Source: Flectonema sp. DT1601 (lineage: Eukaryota). From it: a stretch of DNA of 64,000 nucleotides. Made by a program: the position numbers and the translations under genes. Position 1 is the first letter of the stretch, and the number at the start of each line of letters is the position of its first letter. Positions 25,085-36,786 of the stretch are shown one piece after another. The DNA lies in assembly GCA_964019425.1 (NCBI GenBank), contig OZ025798.1:1240001-1304000 (forward strand), written 5' to 3'. Under the pieces are notes generated by a model. It made no database searches and was not told where the DNA came from. It was given only the letters and a program-made list of their open reading frames with translations.

Positions 25085-26004
25085 TGTGTGAAATAAAGTC
25101 GTAGCACACTATATATTCTTGCTTTTTTTTCTTCTTTTTTTCCTCTTTTTTTATTATTTAACTTCAGTCTTTTTTTTCTTTACTTCTATAAGACTAGGAT
25201 ACGTTTCTTTTCTGGTCTTTTTGTTGTAATCTTGCCCTCCTTGCTTCCCGACCTGACTTAGCTGAGGGAGGTTTACTCTTATTCTCGCCCGGCAGTGCGT
25301 GTTGACTCTTTATCCGGGAAAAAAAAAAAAAAAAAAAGGAATAAAATAAATCTCGTCAGCTGTTCGTTTCTCGTCGCCTTGGGGCAGAGTTTGAGGAAGT
25401 TTTTTTTTTGTTTTTGTTTTTTTTGTTTTTTTTTTTTTTAAAGTGTTCAGAAAGATTGTCCAATTGAAGTGTTGAAATGTAGTAGAGAACATAACTCTTT
25501 GAAAAGAAGACACAACAATATACACAAAAACCACAACTGGTATAATGTATTTTGATATGAACACTTTTGGTTAAACGGAACTGCAACTACCTCGTGAAAA
25601 TGACGTTCTCTAGCCCGCAGCTCTTAAGATTTGTAACGAACAGCAACGAGAAGGGAAAAAAACACTACCGCGGACTGTAGTGTAGAACGAACAACTTGTA
25701 ATATTTTTATAAAGTTCTTTATGTTCTCTTGATTTAAAGATGCATAAAAATTGATTGTTAACAGTCAACCAGTTAAGAAAAGAAAACTAAAAAATACAAC
25801 AACCCATGCCACGGCGATTTCTGAATGCCGTTTTTCGTTAACACCGCGCAATGCTTGCTTATTTGTTTGTCCGTTGTCGTTCCTTACTTTATGTTTTTAC
25901 GACAGATATTTAGGGGCGTCTTTGATGGTGAACAAATACTGTTGAGTATTGTCTGGAGGGGAATTCAATGAGATAATTTCCAATTCTTCAGACTAAACAA
26001 AAAG

Positions 26005-26745
26005 ATGGCAGCGATACCCTGCGGTGTCAACAGTGCTGAAGTAGTAGCAGCAGGAGTTCTGTTGGGGAAGATCGATGCGGTCGATAAGTTAGCGAAGGTG
26101 ACAATGAACGCGGCTAAAGTTATCTCAGAAGTCTCAACCGATACTGAGACAAGCAAACAGGCGGCTGATGTCGGAAAAACATTTCAAGATGGAAGATCGA
26201 TGATGAGAATCGGTCAGTGGGTTAGAAATTCTCAAAATCTTCAAAAGGCCATCGACGGCTACTCTGGCGCATCATCTGATGTGAAGTCGAAGAAGTTCGT
26301 CGAAGTCTTGAGACACGCCAGTAACTTGGGATACGTCTTAGGAGACAACATTGCGTTCTTATCAAAGCAAGGAGTGTTAGCAAGAGATGCTGACCCTGCT
26401 GCTTTAGCGTCGAAGAGATTCCAACTCGCAATGTTCTCAACCGACGCAGTTATCACATCGATGGCTCTTCGAACTAATCCATCGCCTCGCTTGCAACAGC
26501 AACTCGTAAGAAATATTGCTGATGTGTTGATGGTTTTGAACAGAACAAAATTATGCTCTTCTTATGAGGCCAACGTGCCTAGTTGGTTCCCTGCGGCATG
26601 CGGACTGCTCAGTGGTATGTCATCTCCTTAGGTACTTGTGATGGTATTTTGAGTAACAATTTATAACAAACAACAAACAGGATCTATTGCTGTGAAACAC
26701 TTGGTAGATGACGCTGTGAAAGAAGAGAAGACGAAACGCAAGTAG
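26005..26745 (+). CDS. PEX11: Peroxisomal/glycosomal membrane protein, PEX11 family; intron 26615-26680
   Basis: DKLAK near the N-terminus, DGRSMMRIG, DNIAFLSKQGVL, RNIADVL and CGLLSG match the PEX11 pattern. Confidence 0.8.
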
Positions 26746-27565
26746 GTCTTACGAAGTAATTGTACTCAAACGTAAGTAAGACTTCTCGTCTATTTTCGTA
26801 GAGTCGAAGTCAGACCCGCAGAAGAGTGGGATGTGTTCAGTAGCAGCAGTTCATCGCATTAATAGAAACCTGGTTCTGGTGCCTTCACAAAGTTCGAATT
26901 ACTCGTCTTTGGGTGGATTGGTGTCTGCGATATTGTCAGCTATTCGATAGCTTCCCGCCCCGTAGGGTTTTGGTAAAAAACTTTAAAAAAGAAAAGAAAA
27001 AAAAAAAAAAAATGCATCCCACGCCATAGAACTTTCTCCGCAGTTATTCGAACCCTTTCCTCTGTTTGGTTTGTTTTTGGAGCGGAGCTTTTGTGCCATT
27101 CGGTCGGTCGTCTAACTGAACTGATTGTGTGCGAGTCACTTAACCTTCTCGCTTCAAGCAGAAGTACAGACGGACGGTATGAGAGAGCTGCATTAGGCAT
27201 CTCTGTAAACTTACGTTCGATTCTTTTTTTAATTTTCTTTTTCTAAACTAGAGTGGATTACCCTTTCCTGGCAGTCGGAACCTCTTAGTGATTGGAGACT
27301 TTTATGTGACAACCCTTTTTTATAAATTAATTTAGAGAATGACCTAACTAATTGTTGACAATAAAATAAAAATATTTCTATTACTCTGTGAACTGAGAAG
27401 AAAGTATACGAGAAAGTCACGTGTTGTCACCTGTCTGCTTCTGAGAGGACTTTATAAAGTTGCTCAGTAATGATTTTGTTGTGAATTTATTTATTGAAGT
27501 CTCATTTGATAGCAAATTATTATTTTATTTTCTTTAACAAGAAAATATTTTTTAAATTGAATGAA

Positions 27566-27958
27566 ATGAATGAAATACCCGCAGTAAAAGGATGGTTTCT
27601 TGGCATCGTATCTGACGTTGTCAGTGCCGGTAAGAACGCAGCAGAACAGGCGGCGCAAGCGACGGAAGGAACTGGTGAAATGTTCGCTGCTGCGTATGAG
27701 AAAGTTGGTACCGTTGGAGTGAATTTAAAAAACAATATTCAATCTCAACTAGTAAAGCAACCAATTAGTTGTGAAGTTCCTTCCAGGAAGTTAAATATCA
27801 CTTCTGTAAATGAATCGGATTCAATGAGTGAAATCATCTCTGAATTTCCATTCCCACCATCACATCATAAAGATCCAAAACTCAATTCAAATTCAAATTT
27901 CGCAAACCTTCCAGTTGAGGAGCTACTTCAGAACGACATTGACATAGAGGCGGAATAG
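27566..27958 (+). CDS. Hypothetical protein
   Basis: ORF with coding-like composition (GWFLGIVSDVVSAGKNAAEQ...). Confidence 0.6.
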   Translation: MNEIPAVKGWFLGIVSDVVSAGKNAAEQAAQATEGTGEMFAAAYEKVGTVGVNLKNNIQSQLVKQPISCEVPSRKLNITSVNESDSMSEIISEFPFPPSHHKDPKLNSNSNFANLPVEELLQNDIDIEAE

Positions 27959-28144
27959 CCATCGGAACCAAATTGATTTCGCTATCTCTGTCTTATTTGA
28001 TGTTTATTTCTATTACGGTACTGTTCGTTAATATATTGAAACTTTGTAGCTCTTGGGCTGACAGTTTCAAATTATGATTCGTCTCTTCAAATCATTTTAG
28101 TACCACTACCAGGTAAGGGTTGGGAAATCGACCCCCCCACGAAG

Positions 28145-28521
28145 ATGCCAATGCTGAGGCTTTCAGCTGGTGGGAACAGCGGTAACGGGAAAGCAACAAA
28201 ACATAAGAAAGAAGATAAAAATATGTCTCTGAAGGATGACTTTCTAAAGCGACACCTCGCAAGTATGTCAGATTTTTTGTTTTCACTTTTTATCAAATCG
28301 ACATCCGATAACAACAACTAACTTGCAGACGATTATCTCTTTAAGAAAAGACATTCAATCGGATTAGTAGGTTTAAGTAAAAGTGATCTGGTTGACATGG
28401 GAGACTTATGAAATAATATTTAACCAATCCAATCACAACAACAACAGAACAGAAGCCGCTATTCCACACACACAACTCTATGCAGAAGATGGTCAATCGA
28501 ATATCTTTGGGAGATATTTAA
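28145..28521 (+). CDS. Small hypothetical protein; introns 28263-28328 and 28371-28447
   Basis: gtatgt and gtttaa donors with A/C-rich acceptor regions give an open spliced frame MPMLRLS...KRHLANDYLFKKRHSIGLVEQKPLF...LGDI*. Confidence 0.55.
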
Positions 28522-28820
28522 ATGAGCTGATCTATTTACCTTCTGACCAATACTTACACTTCTGTTACACAGAACCTGTTTTGGTTTGTTAGTACGCATT
28601 GACGTACACAATGTTGTGTTCCGCATCGTCTCAGTTAGTTTTAAGGGACCCTTTAGTAGTATAGCTGCCGTCATGTTGTTTATCACTCAGAGATCAATTA
28701 TAAATGTTGGGAGTAGAGGAACAGTAGCCGTGTGGTTATCTTTTCGTAGGACGGCACAAGTGAATTATCTTCAGTTTGTTATTTTTAGTCAGCTCATTCT
28801 ACTCTCATCAGGTGGTCACA

Positions 28821-31800
28821 ATGGATGACGTCCTCGACACAGAGATGACGTTGCGCGACTTGAGAAGCAGCCTGCCTGTGACACCTTCACCAAAGAGAAG
28901 TAAGGCAAAGGTCTCTTCACCGCAAGACATGAAGGGACGCGTATCTCCAAAACGGGTGTGTTATTACTTTTTGTTATTATTTTCGTTAGAACTGTTGCTT
29001 TAGACAAACAGAGCAAGTACCTGTCTCCAATCGCACGTATTCGAAAACACTTTGTTAACCAAACAGGATGAAGGCCGTCGTCATACAGCCTCAGCGATGA
29101 ATAAAATATCTTTGGGAAGCCATGGGCAAGACAGCCCGAGTCCCAGCGCGTTCAGCAGGAGATCGACAGCACAGTTCTCTGGTAGTCGAAGGGCCACCGC
29201 ACAGGAACAAGAGATCAGAGTTTTGAGGGATCGAATTAATAGAGATAAGAGGCATTCATCAATTGGGTTTGTTTTTTAATTTAATATTTATATTCTTATC
29301 ATACAATCAAAGTGTTTTCAAATACAACAAACAGCGCTGACCGTAGAAATGAATCAGTTGTCAGTCTTTACGCAGACCGCGATATCGAGGCGTCCATCGA
29401 AACCCTTCGAAGGGAACAAATTAGTAGCAGCGGAACAATAAATCATTTAAATGACGTCGTTAGACAACTAGAAAGTGAGAAGAATGAACTTCGCAGTGTC
29501 TGCCTGAAGAAGGTCGAGTTGGATAAGAAGCTTCTCCGACTAAAAGAAGAAACGATGGAACTCAGAGCGCAGTTGGAAGATTCTAACTCGCAATTACAGA
29601 AAGAAAAACTTGAGAAAGTACAGCTGCTGACGCAACAAAAACAACACATGTCACTCGCTCAGGGTGAGAACAATCGTCAAATTCTCTCTCTAAAAGAACA
29701 ATTACATACTTCGAAAGAACTCGAACAGGCAGCAGCTGAAGAACTTGAACAGGTTTGATCATTAATAACATTATTTATTCTTAACCATCTGTAACTTATA
29801 ATTATTTAAATATAAAAACAGGCAACTCGAGAATTCGAACTGCGGAAGTCACAACTGTTGGAATTTCTTGACTCTGAAAAGACTGAAAAACAGAATATGA
29901 TCGCAGATTATCGACAGGAAACTGATGTTGTTATTAACGAATTGCAGGGAAGAATTAAAAAACAACAAAAAGCTATCAAAGTCAGTAATAGAGTTGAAAC
30001 TGAACTTCGAAACAATTTAATTGAAATGGAAGGCCGAGTGCAGGTAGAAGTCAAACAGCTGAAGACTCTGCAGGGAGACTACGAGAAGCAGAAAGAAGAA
30101 AGTCGAAAGGAACTTCAATCAGAACGGTCTCGACACGAGACTGACGTTGAGAAATTAAATGCGGAAATATCTCATTTACAAAGTGAGTTGTCTCGAATGA
30201 CAAATCAATACCAGCAGTCGTTACTTCAAAATGACGCAAACAGTAGACAACTTCATCAGCAACTTCACAGAGAACGCGAGAAAACAGAATCCACTCTTCA
30301 CGACGCTGCAACATCTAACAATCAGGAGATTAGTCGACTTCAATTAGAAATAGATGGACTTAAAGGAGAGCTATCGAGTACAACTGAAGGATATTCTTTA
30401 ACGATGAGTAGAGTTAGTGAGAAGAATGAAGAACAGTTAGAAGGTCTCAGACGTGAATTAGAAACTCTTAGAAAAGATAAATTATTATCACTCGAAGAAC
30501 AGCGAGAGGAGCGCGACCGATTGGCATCTGACTTCGGTCAGAAGTCGAGTCAGCTCCAAGAACACGCTGAGCAACTTCGATTGGAAGTCAACACCGAAAA
30601 GACGAGTCGGGCTGAAATCGAAACAGAGCTCCAGGCCACTCGCCTAAAAGTTGAACAGCTGACGGGAGATCTTCTCATGTCGCGGAAGAAAGCCGAAGGC
30701 CAGTCAGATGCTTCCCGAGAGTCCCTCCGAACGCTGGAGAAGAAACTTTCTTCCGAATTGCAGAGAATGCGAAAAGAGAATGTGATTCAGGAGAATACAG
30801 AAAAGGAATTACGCGCTGAAATCTCTCGTCTTGGTGATGAGCAGCGCCGCTTGGAGGACTCAGTCGTTGTCGCCGAGCAGAAGGGAAAGCACGCTGAGAG
30901 TGACGCAATTAGAAAACTTGAGTCTGAGTTAATAAATGCAAATCACAAGTCTGCAACTACAGAGTCAGTAAATCGTGATTTAGAAGCCAAACTCGACAGA
31001 CAACAAAACAAGAGACTCGAACTCGAAGAAGGAGTCGCCGTTGCTAAAAACACTGCTGAAGAAGAGCGTTCAGCTCACCGTGAAGTCATTTCCCAGCTCG
31101 AGCAGCAGACTTCTACACTCCGTGAAATGGAAGAAAGTGAAAGTTCTCTTCGAATTGCACATCAGAAATTAATTCATCAGCAGGAGGAATATCTTTCTCA
31201 AATTAGAAAGATGACTTCGAATGCCGCGGAAAGAGAGACGTCTCTAAATATCTGCGAAAGTGAGAAGTCACAACTACGCGAAGAGATGATGACAATCAGA
31301 AATGAGAACTCGAGTCTGCAGACTGAAATTAATCGAATTCATGAGGAGTTTAGTAACAAACTAGTTCTGGCAGATAGAAAGTTCACAACTGAATTAGGAA
31401 GAATGGAACACCAATTAGATGAGTTTCGTAAAGAGAAGCGAGTCATGGAGTTAGCATGCGAGGAATCTGAGATTTTGATCACGAAGTTGAAAGAAGAACT
31501 TCAGAGGACTCAGGAAGAAGCAGAGAACATGCAGCAGGTCTGGAGAGAACGAAACGAGCTCACTTCTCGCGAGCAAACTCATTTTGGGAGGAAGCTGCAG
31601 GTTCATGTTGAGGAACTCTGTTCAAGAGTAGAAACTCTCACAGAGGAGAAACAGCGAGACAAGAGAGAGTTTGCAACGAAATATCGCAAACTTGAAACGC
31701 AGCTGTCAGAACTACGTCACGAGAAGGACACAGAGGCTGCGGAAACTGTCGGATTGCGAGAAGAAGTTCGAGCAAAGGATGACTTGCTGAGTGACAAGCA

Positions 31801-31987
31801 ATCAACGATCTTGTTGTTGCAATCGAAGCTTCAAAGTCGGATAAGTGACATGAACAGGAACGAGAATGACATCAAAGACATGACTCGAAGACTTCAACTC
31901 GCTAGAAGTGAAGTCAGCAAACGAGAGAGTGAAGTGTCGCAGTTGCAATCGAAGTTACGAGTGAGCGACGTTTCGTTTTCTGGCTGA
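28821..31987 (+). CDS. Large coiled-coil protein; introns 28956-29066, 29267-29334, 29753-29821
   Basis: Heptad-like E/L/Q/K/R composition over about 900 aa; introns restore the frame. Confidence 0.8.
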
Positions 31988-32433
31988 AAATAATTTAATC
32001 GACTTCCGGCCATCCTTTCAACTCCCCGACCATCTGTATCCGCGGAATAGAAATATAATTAGATTTCCCCTTTTATAATAAATACTACCAGCAACACTTT
32101 AGAAATAATACAACACAAGTAGCACTGAGCCACAAGTTGTTTACACACCACGCTGATAGAAACACTTCAGTTTGATGGTACGCAGTCAGCCAAACATCTT
32201 CTGGAAAGAACTTATCTTCCGCTCCCTTTATGGGATTAATTACGTGCGTCCTGTACAATTGTTTAACAAACTGACGAAAGTTAGAAGACGTGAGCTGTGT
32301 GCTGCACAACATTATGATTTCTTTCTATTTTCCATCCACAGCCTCAACTCTCCATGTGCAGGTGATAGATATGTATATTTCCTTTTTCACTTGTGTTTTG
32401 ATTTACTCTCTCGCGGTAGTACATTTTAAGAAA

Positions 32434-34537
32434 ATGGGAGAACCGGAGGAACAGGTACAAGAGATGGAGGAGGCAAAGATGCAGCTTGAAAGTAAAAAAA
32501 ACCGCGAGATTACCGAACTTAAAGAGCGAATTGCAGAACTGATGTTTAAGAAAACACTTCTTCCTGTGACGGAGCAGCTGACGCAGACGCCGTACTCAAA
32601 GAAGCAACTCGAAAGTCAAATCAGCGAACTCGAAAGTCAAAATGACCTCTCTCAGCCTCAAGTTTCTCAACACGTCGCTGGGTCAGGACAGCAGATGATT
32701 GCGATGGAACTTCAGAGTGGATTGACTTCTCTAATGAACCTCGTGGGACAACTGTCTTCAAACTACGGATCTCGTAAACAAGTAGACAGCAAACAAGGAG
32801 GAGACGCAACCTACACAGAGGAAGAGGTCAACTTGATTAGACAGAAGTTAACCTTCGCTCAAAAGGAAGCCGAGGATGCAAAAAAGAGAGAAAACGATGT
32901 GGCCATGCAGTGGAATCTGACGGCAACTAAATACGCGAAAGAGGAGGAAGCGCGCAAGAAGCTAGAGGGTGAACTGGAGGAGGAGCAAAGGAAGGTCGCA
33001 GTAGTTCAGAGAAAGAGTTTTGAGATGGAGAAGGCGACAGGCGATAAGGTTTCAGAAATTGGAGAAGTCAGAAGGGAGTTGGAAAGTCTCAGAAGGGAGT
33101 TCGTACAGCAGCAACAGAAGCTCTCAGAAAACTCGGAATCTCATTCTCATGCAATCACAGAATTACAAATTAAACATGAAGAGCATCTAATTCAACGAGA
33201 GCAGGCACTCAAAAATGAGAATAAAACTTTAATTGCAGACATGACGGCAAAAAGTACTGAGATCACTGAAGTTACTAAAAAGTTTATTTCATTGCAAGAA
33301 GACTACTTCGTTGAAAAGGAATCGCACAAAGTAACAAAAGAGAAGCTGTCGAAAGCAGAACAAAGTTTCGAAGAACTTGATTCCAGTAGAAAGAACTTTA
33401 ATGACGAACTGTTAGAGAAGAAACAAGAACTGACCGCATCTAAAAAGGAAGTGGCATCTCTTAAAAGAGAGCGAACACAAGCAAATGTTCAGATTAAGAA
33501 ACTCGAAAAGAAGACTGAACTTTACGAAAAGAAGATCGCGACGCTGACGGAAAAACAAGGCACAGCTCGTGAGGAGAATAAAGAGATACAACAACAACTT
33601 GAAGAAAAGGTTTGTTACTTCTAATGTCTATATTATTATCTCTTTTCTTAAGGAGACACATCACTAAAATAAAACAAACAGGACGAAGAGAAACAATCTT
33701 TACAAAATGAAATCACTCGACTTGAATCTCAGATCAAGGTGCGACTATCTTATTTATTTTTAATTGTATTCAATTTATGTATCTCTCGACTAATAGCAAC
33801 CTACCTATCGATATACTGCTCTGCTTACTTTAAAATAAAATTAAAAACAGCTGTTAAAGAAAGAGGTTGATGACATGCGACTCAACTCTGAAGTTAAGAC
33901 AATGTCAAAAGAGATTAAAAAGATAAAGCGCAGCTCAAAGGACAAGAACGACGAAGTGATTGAAGTTGAAGATGATTGCGGAAAGAAGAGGAAAGTACAC
34001 CCCCACATTATACTTTCAGGATTCAGAGAGAAGAGACAGATCACGAAAGGGATTACAGAGCTACAAGGAACTCTACTGAAAACTGGAAATGACGGAGGTT
34101 GGGATGAGAGGTGTACTCACATGGTAATCGCTTCACACGATGTTAGGACCATGAAGACGATAGCAGCAGCGCTAACTCATAAGTGGGTAATGCCAAAGAT
34201 TTGGGTCACAGACTCTGTTAAAGCAGGCAAGTGGTTAGATGAAAAGGATTACGGTTATATTCTAAAACACGAGGGGGTGATGGAAAAGAGTATCCACATG
34301 ACTGACGCCTTTTGTTTAGTCGGAGGAAGTGATCGAATCAGAACAGGAACTCAACTAATTGAATTAGGAAAAGGGAAGCTAACCGACAACATCGATAATG
34401 CGAACATCGTTCTAAGAGCTCCAGTTGACGGTAATCATGAAGGAGATCACATGGCCTTCACATGGGAAGGGTTTATCAGCTGGATATTCCCAACTACTTG
34501 GAAACCACCAATCAGTATGTCTCAGGTCGCTGATTAG
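32434..34537 (+). CDS. Coiled-coil protein with C-terminal tandem BRCT domains; introns 33610-33681 and 33739-33850
   Basis: HIILSGF...CTHMVI...RTMKTIAA...KWVMPKIWVTDSVKAGKWLDE is BRCT1; LIELGKGKL...TWEGFISWI is a probable BRCT2. Confidence 0.8.
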
Positions 34538-35317
34538 AAGTTGAATTTATTCATTCTGGGTACCCACTCGTCATGAACTGTGGAAAGGTATCAGATGTTC
34601 AATCTTTAGAGCCTCTGTCTTAATTCTTTATTTAAATAAGAAAGTCACAACCGCCACGGTAGAAATACAATTTGTGATATCCATCGTGAAGTTGGTCACG
34701 AAGATCTGATGGATACAAAAATAAGTTTTAGATTCCCTCATTTGGAATAGTTTGTTACCGAGAGCTCTACTGTTGACTACTGTGAGCCCTAATGTTGACA
34801 TTAGAGGCTTCTCGTGGATGGTTTTTAGAATTCACTTTACTCGGATTCCGACATTCTTTTTTTGTTTCCGTGTTGTCTACGCATTTCAGATCAAACTGTT
34901 CTTCAACAGTCGCCTGTAATGTTGTTGTTGTTGTTGTTAATTTGTAATGTTAGCTTTCGAAGTAAAATATTCAAACTCAACTTGCCTCTAACTGAAACCC
35001 ACCACTCGGCTCCTTAATTTTGATTGAAGTGCCACACCACACCACAGTAGTTGTTTGTTATTTCGTTTCGATTGGTGCAGTCAGCGATCTGTAGGTCGTT
35101 ACTGTGCTTCCCTCTCTGAGTTCCCTAAACTCGTGCTTTACTCACTTCCAGTATCTTTAGCGCGTAGTTAAAGTTTGGTGTAATACTTTCTCTCTCTCTG
35201 TTGAGTTATTAATTTAATTAACTAACAGGTCATCGACTCATATCTATTGAAGTCAGTTTGCAGTACTTTTGTTTCTATTTTACTTCCTTCAGTAACTCTC
35301 CTTAAGAAGTTCACAAA

Positions 35318-36281
35318 ATGGTAATTACAGCGCTGCTACTGACGGCAGTAGTCAGTCAGAACACTCAATTTGATTATTCTGATGTATGTTTTTATTATCT
35401 TAAATATGTTTGTATTTTAAATATTATTACAAAACAGACGGCTAATTGGTTTCAAGAATCTGCTGAATGTGCAAACAACCTGCAGTCACCTATTGATGTA
35501 TGTCTTGTCTTCTTGTGGTTTCACCTTTTCAAGTATAACTTAAGTAGAAAACAAACAGTTGTTGAGTAGCGAGGCTGAATCAGCACCACCAGCCTTCTTA
35601 AAGCTTTGGATTCCTCGCATACCTGCCGCTAAGAATTTAGTTGCGTATGCGACATCATCAGAACTGTCGATTGATTTGCGTGAACGAGGAATTACTTTAA
35701 CTGGACAGGGATTTTGGTCTCAATACAAACTTCATGATATGGTTTACCACACTCCTTCTGAACACACTTTAGAAGGGAAAAGGTATCCTGTCGAGAGGCA
35801 GCTTATCTTTAAACCATCTGATGTTGAGGCTCTTCAACAGATTCACGGAAGGATTCCTCAAATTATTATTTCAGAACTTTACGAAGTTGGATCAGAAGAT
35901 CTGATGATTCAGTCGATGCAGAAAGCTGGTCTTGTTAGTAACGACATGGGATCAGGATCTGAGATTCAACTTGATTTGAGTTTTAGACCATCATTTAACT
36001 TTTTAAAAGAAGAGTTCTTTGTGTATCCTGGATCTGAAACTGTACCTCCTTGTCAAGAAGTAGTTACTTGGCATGTCTCAGCAAAGGTTAGAACTTTATC
36101 GAGTACACAGCTCAGTTTAATAAAAGATATTATTAAGGGACTGACAAGTACTCACACTAATGGATACCCCAGTAAGAATAAGATTCCCTCTGACCCTCTC
36201 ACCGACAAGGGAAATGCACGTGAATTACAAGAACTAAACAACAGATCAATTAAAAAGCAAAGATTCTATTCTCTCGATTGA
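35318..36281 (+). CDS. Secreted alpha-carbonic anhydrase-like protein, probably acatalytic; introns 35384-35437 and 35498-35558
   Basis: Signal peptide; QSPID, HTPSEHT, GSETVPPCQEVVTW, GNARELQELNNR; zinc ligand positions read V-Y-H and E-R-Q. Confidence 0.85.
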
Positions 36282-36786
36282 TAACTTTATTTAATTTGTG
36301 CTCTTCGTTAGCTACGACCGGGGTGGGGGAGAAAGGATAATTTCGGTATTCCTACCGACTGCTTTATTATGATTTCCCTCTCGCCTTGGTTTAGTGTAAC
36401 CATCTGCCGATAAGAAGAGGATCCCAGACATTTCCCTTCCCACAAACCAATTGCAGTGAAACAATCTTTTTAATTTTCCTTTCTTAAATGACATTTACAT
36501 TTTTTTAAAAAAAAATTCTTCCCGTTTTGTTAATAAATGAAATTCAAGTATTCCCTTCTGGGAATAGTCTTTGAAATCGTTTAAAGTAGTCCCCCTTGAA
36601 AACATTTAAATAGTCTCATCAGGTTGACATATACTAAGTCATGTGGTGTTGAATGGTTGCAGTCAGTTCCTTAAAACAAACGTCAAAGAGAGTAGCTGAG
36701 TTATTATTTTTATGGCAACACTTTGTAAATTGATTTCATTAATATCTAAACTAGTCTTCACTCTCTTGTAGTTCTTGAATTCAAAC

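Noticed and set aside
26860..26910. gttcgaat T-loop-like motif
   Set aside because: No cloverleaf or acceptor stem around it
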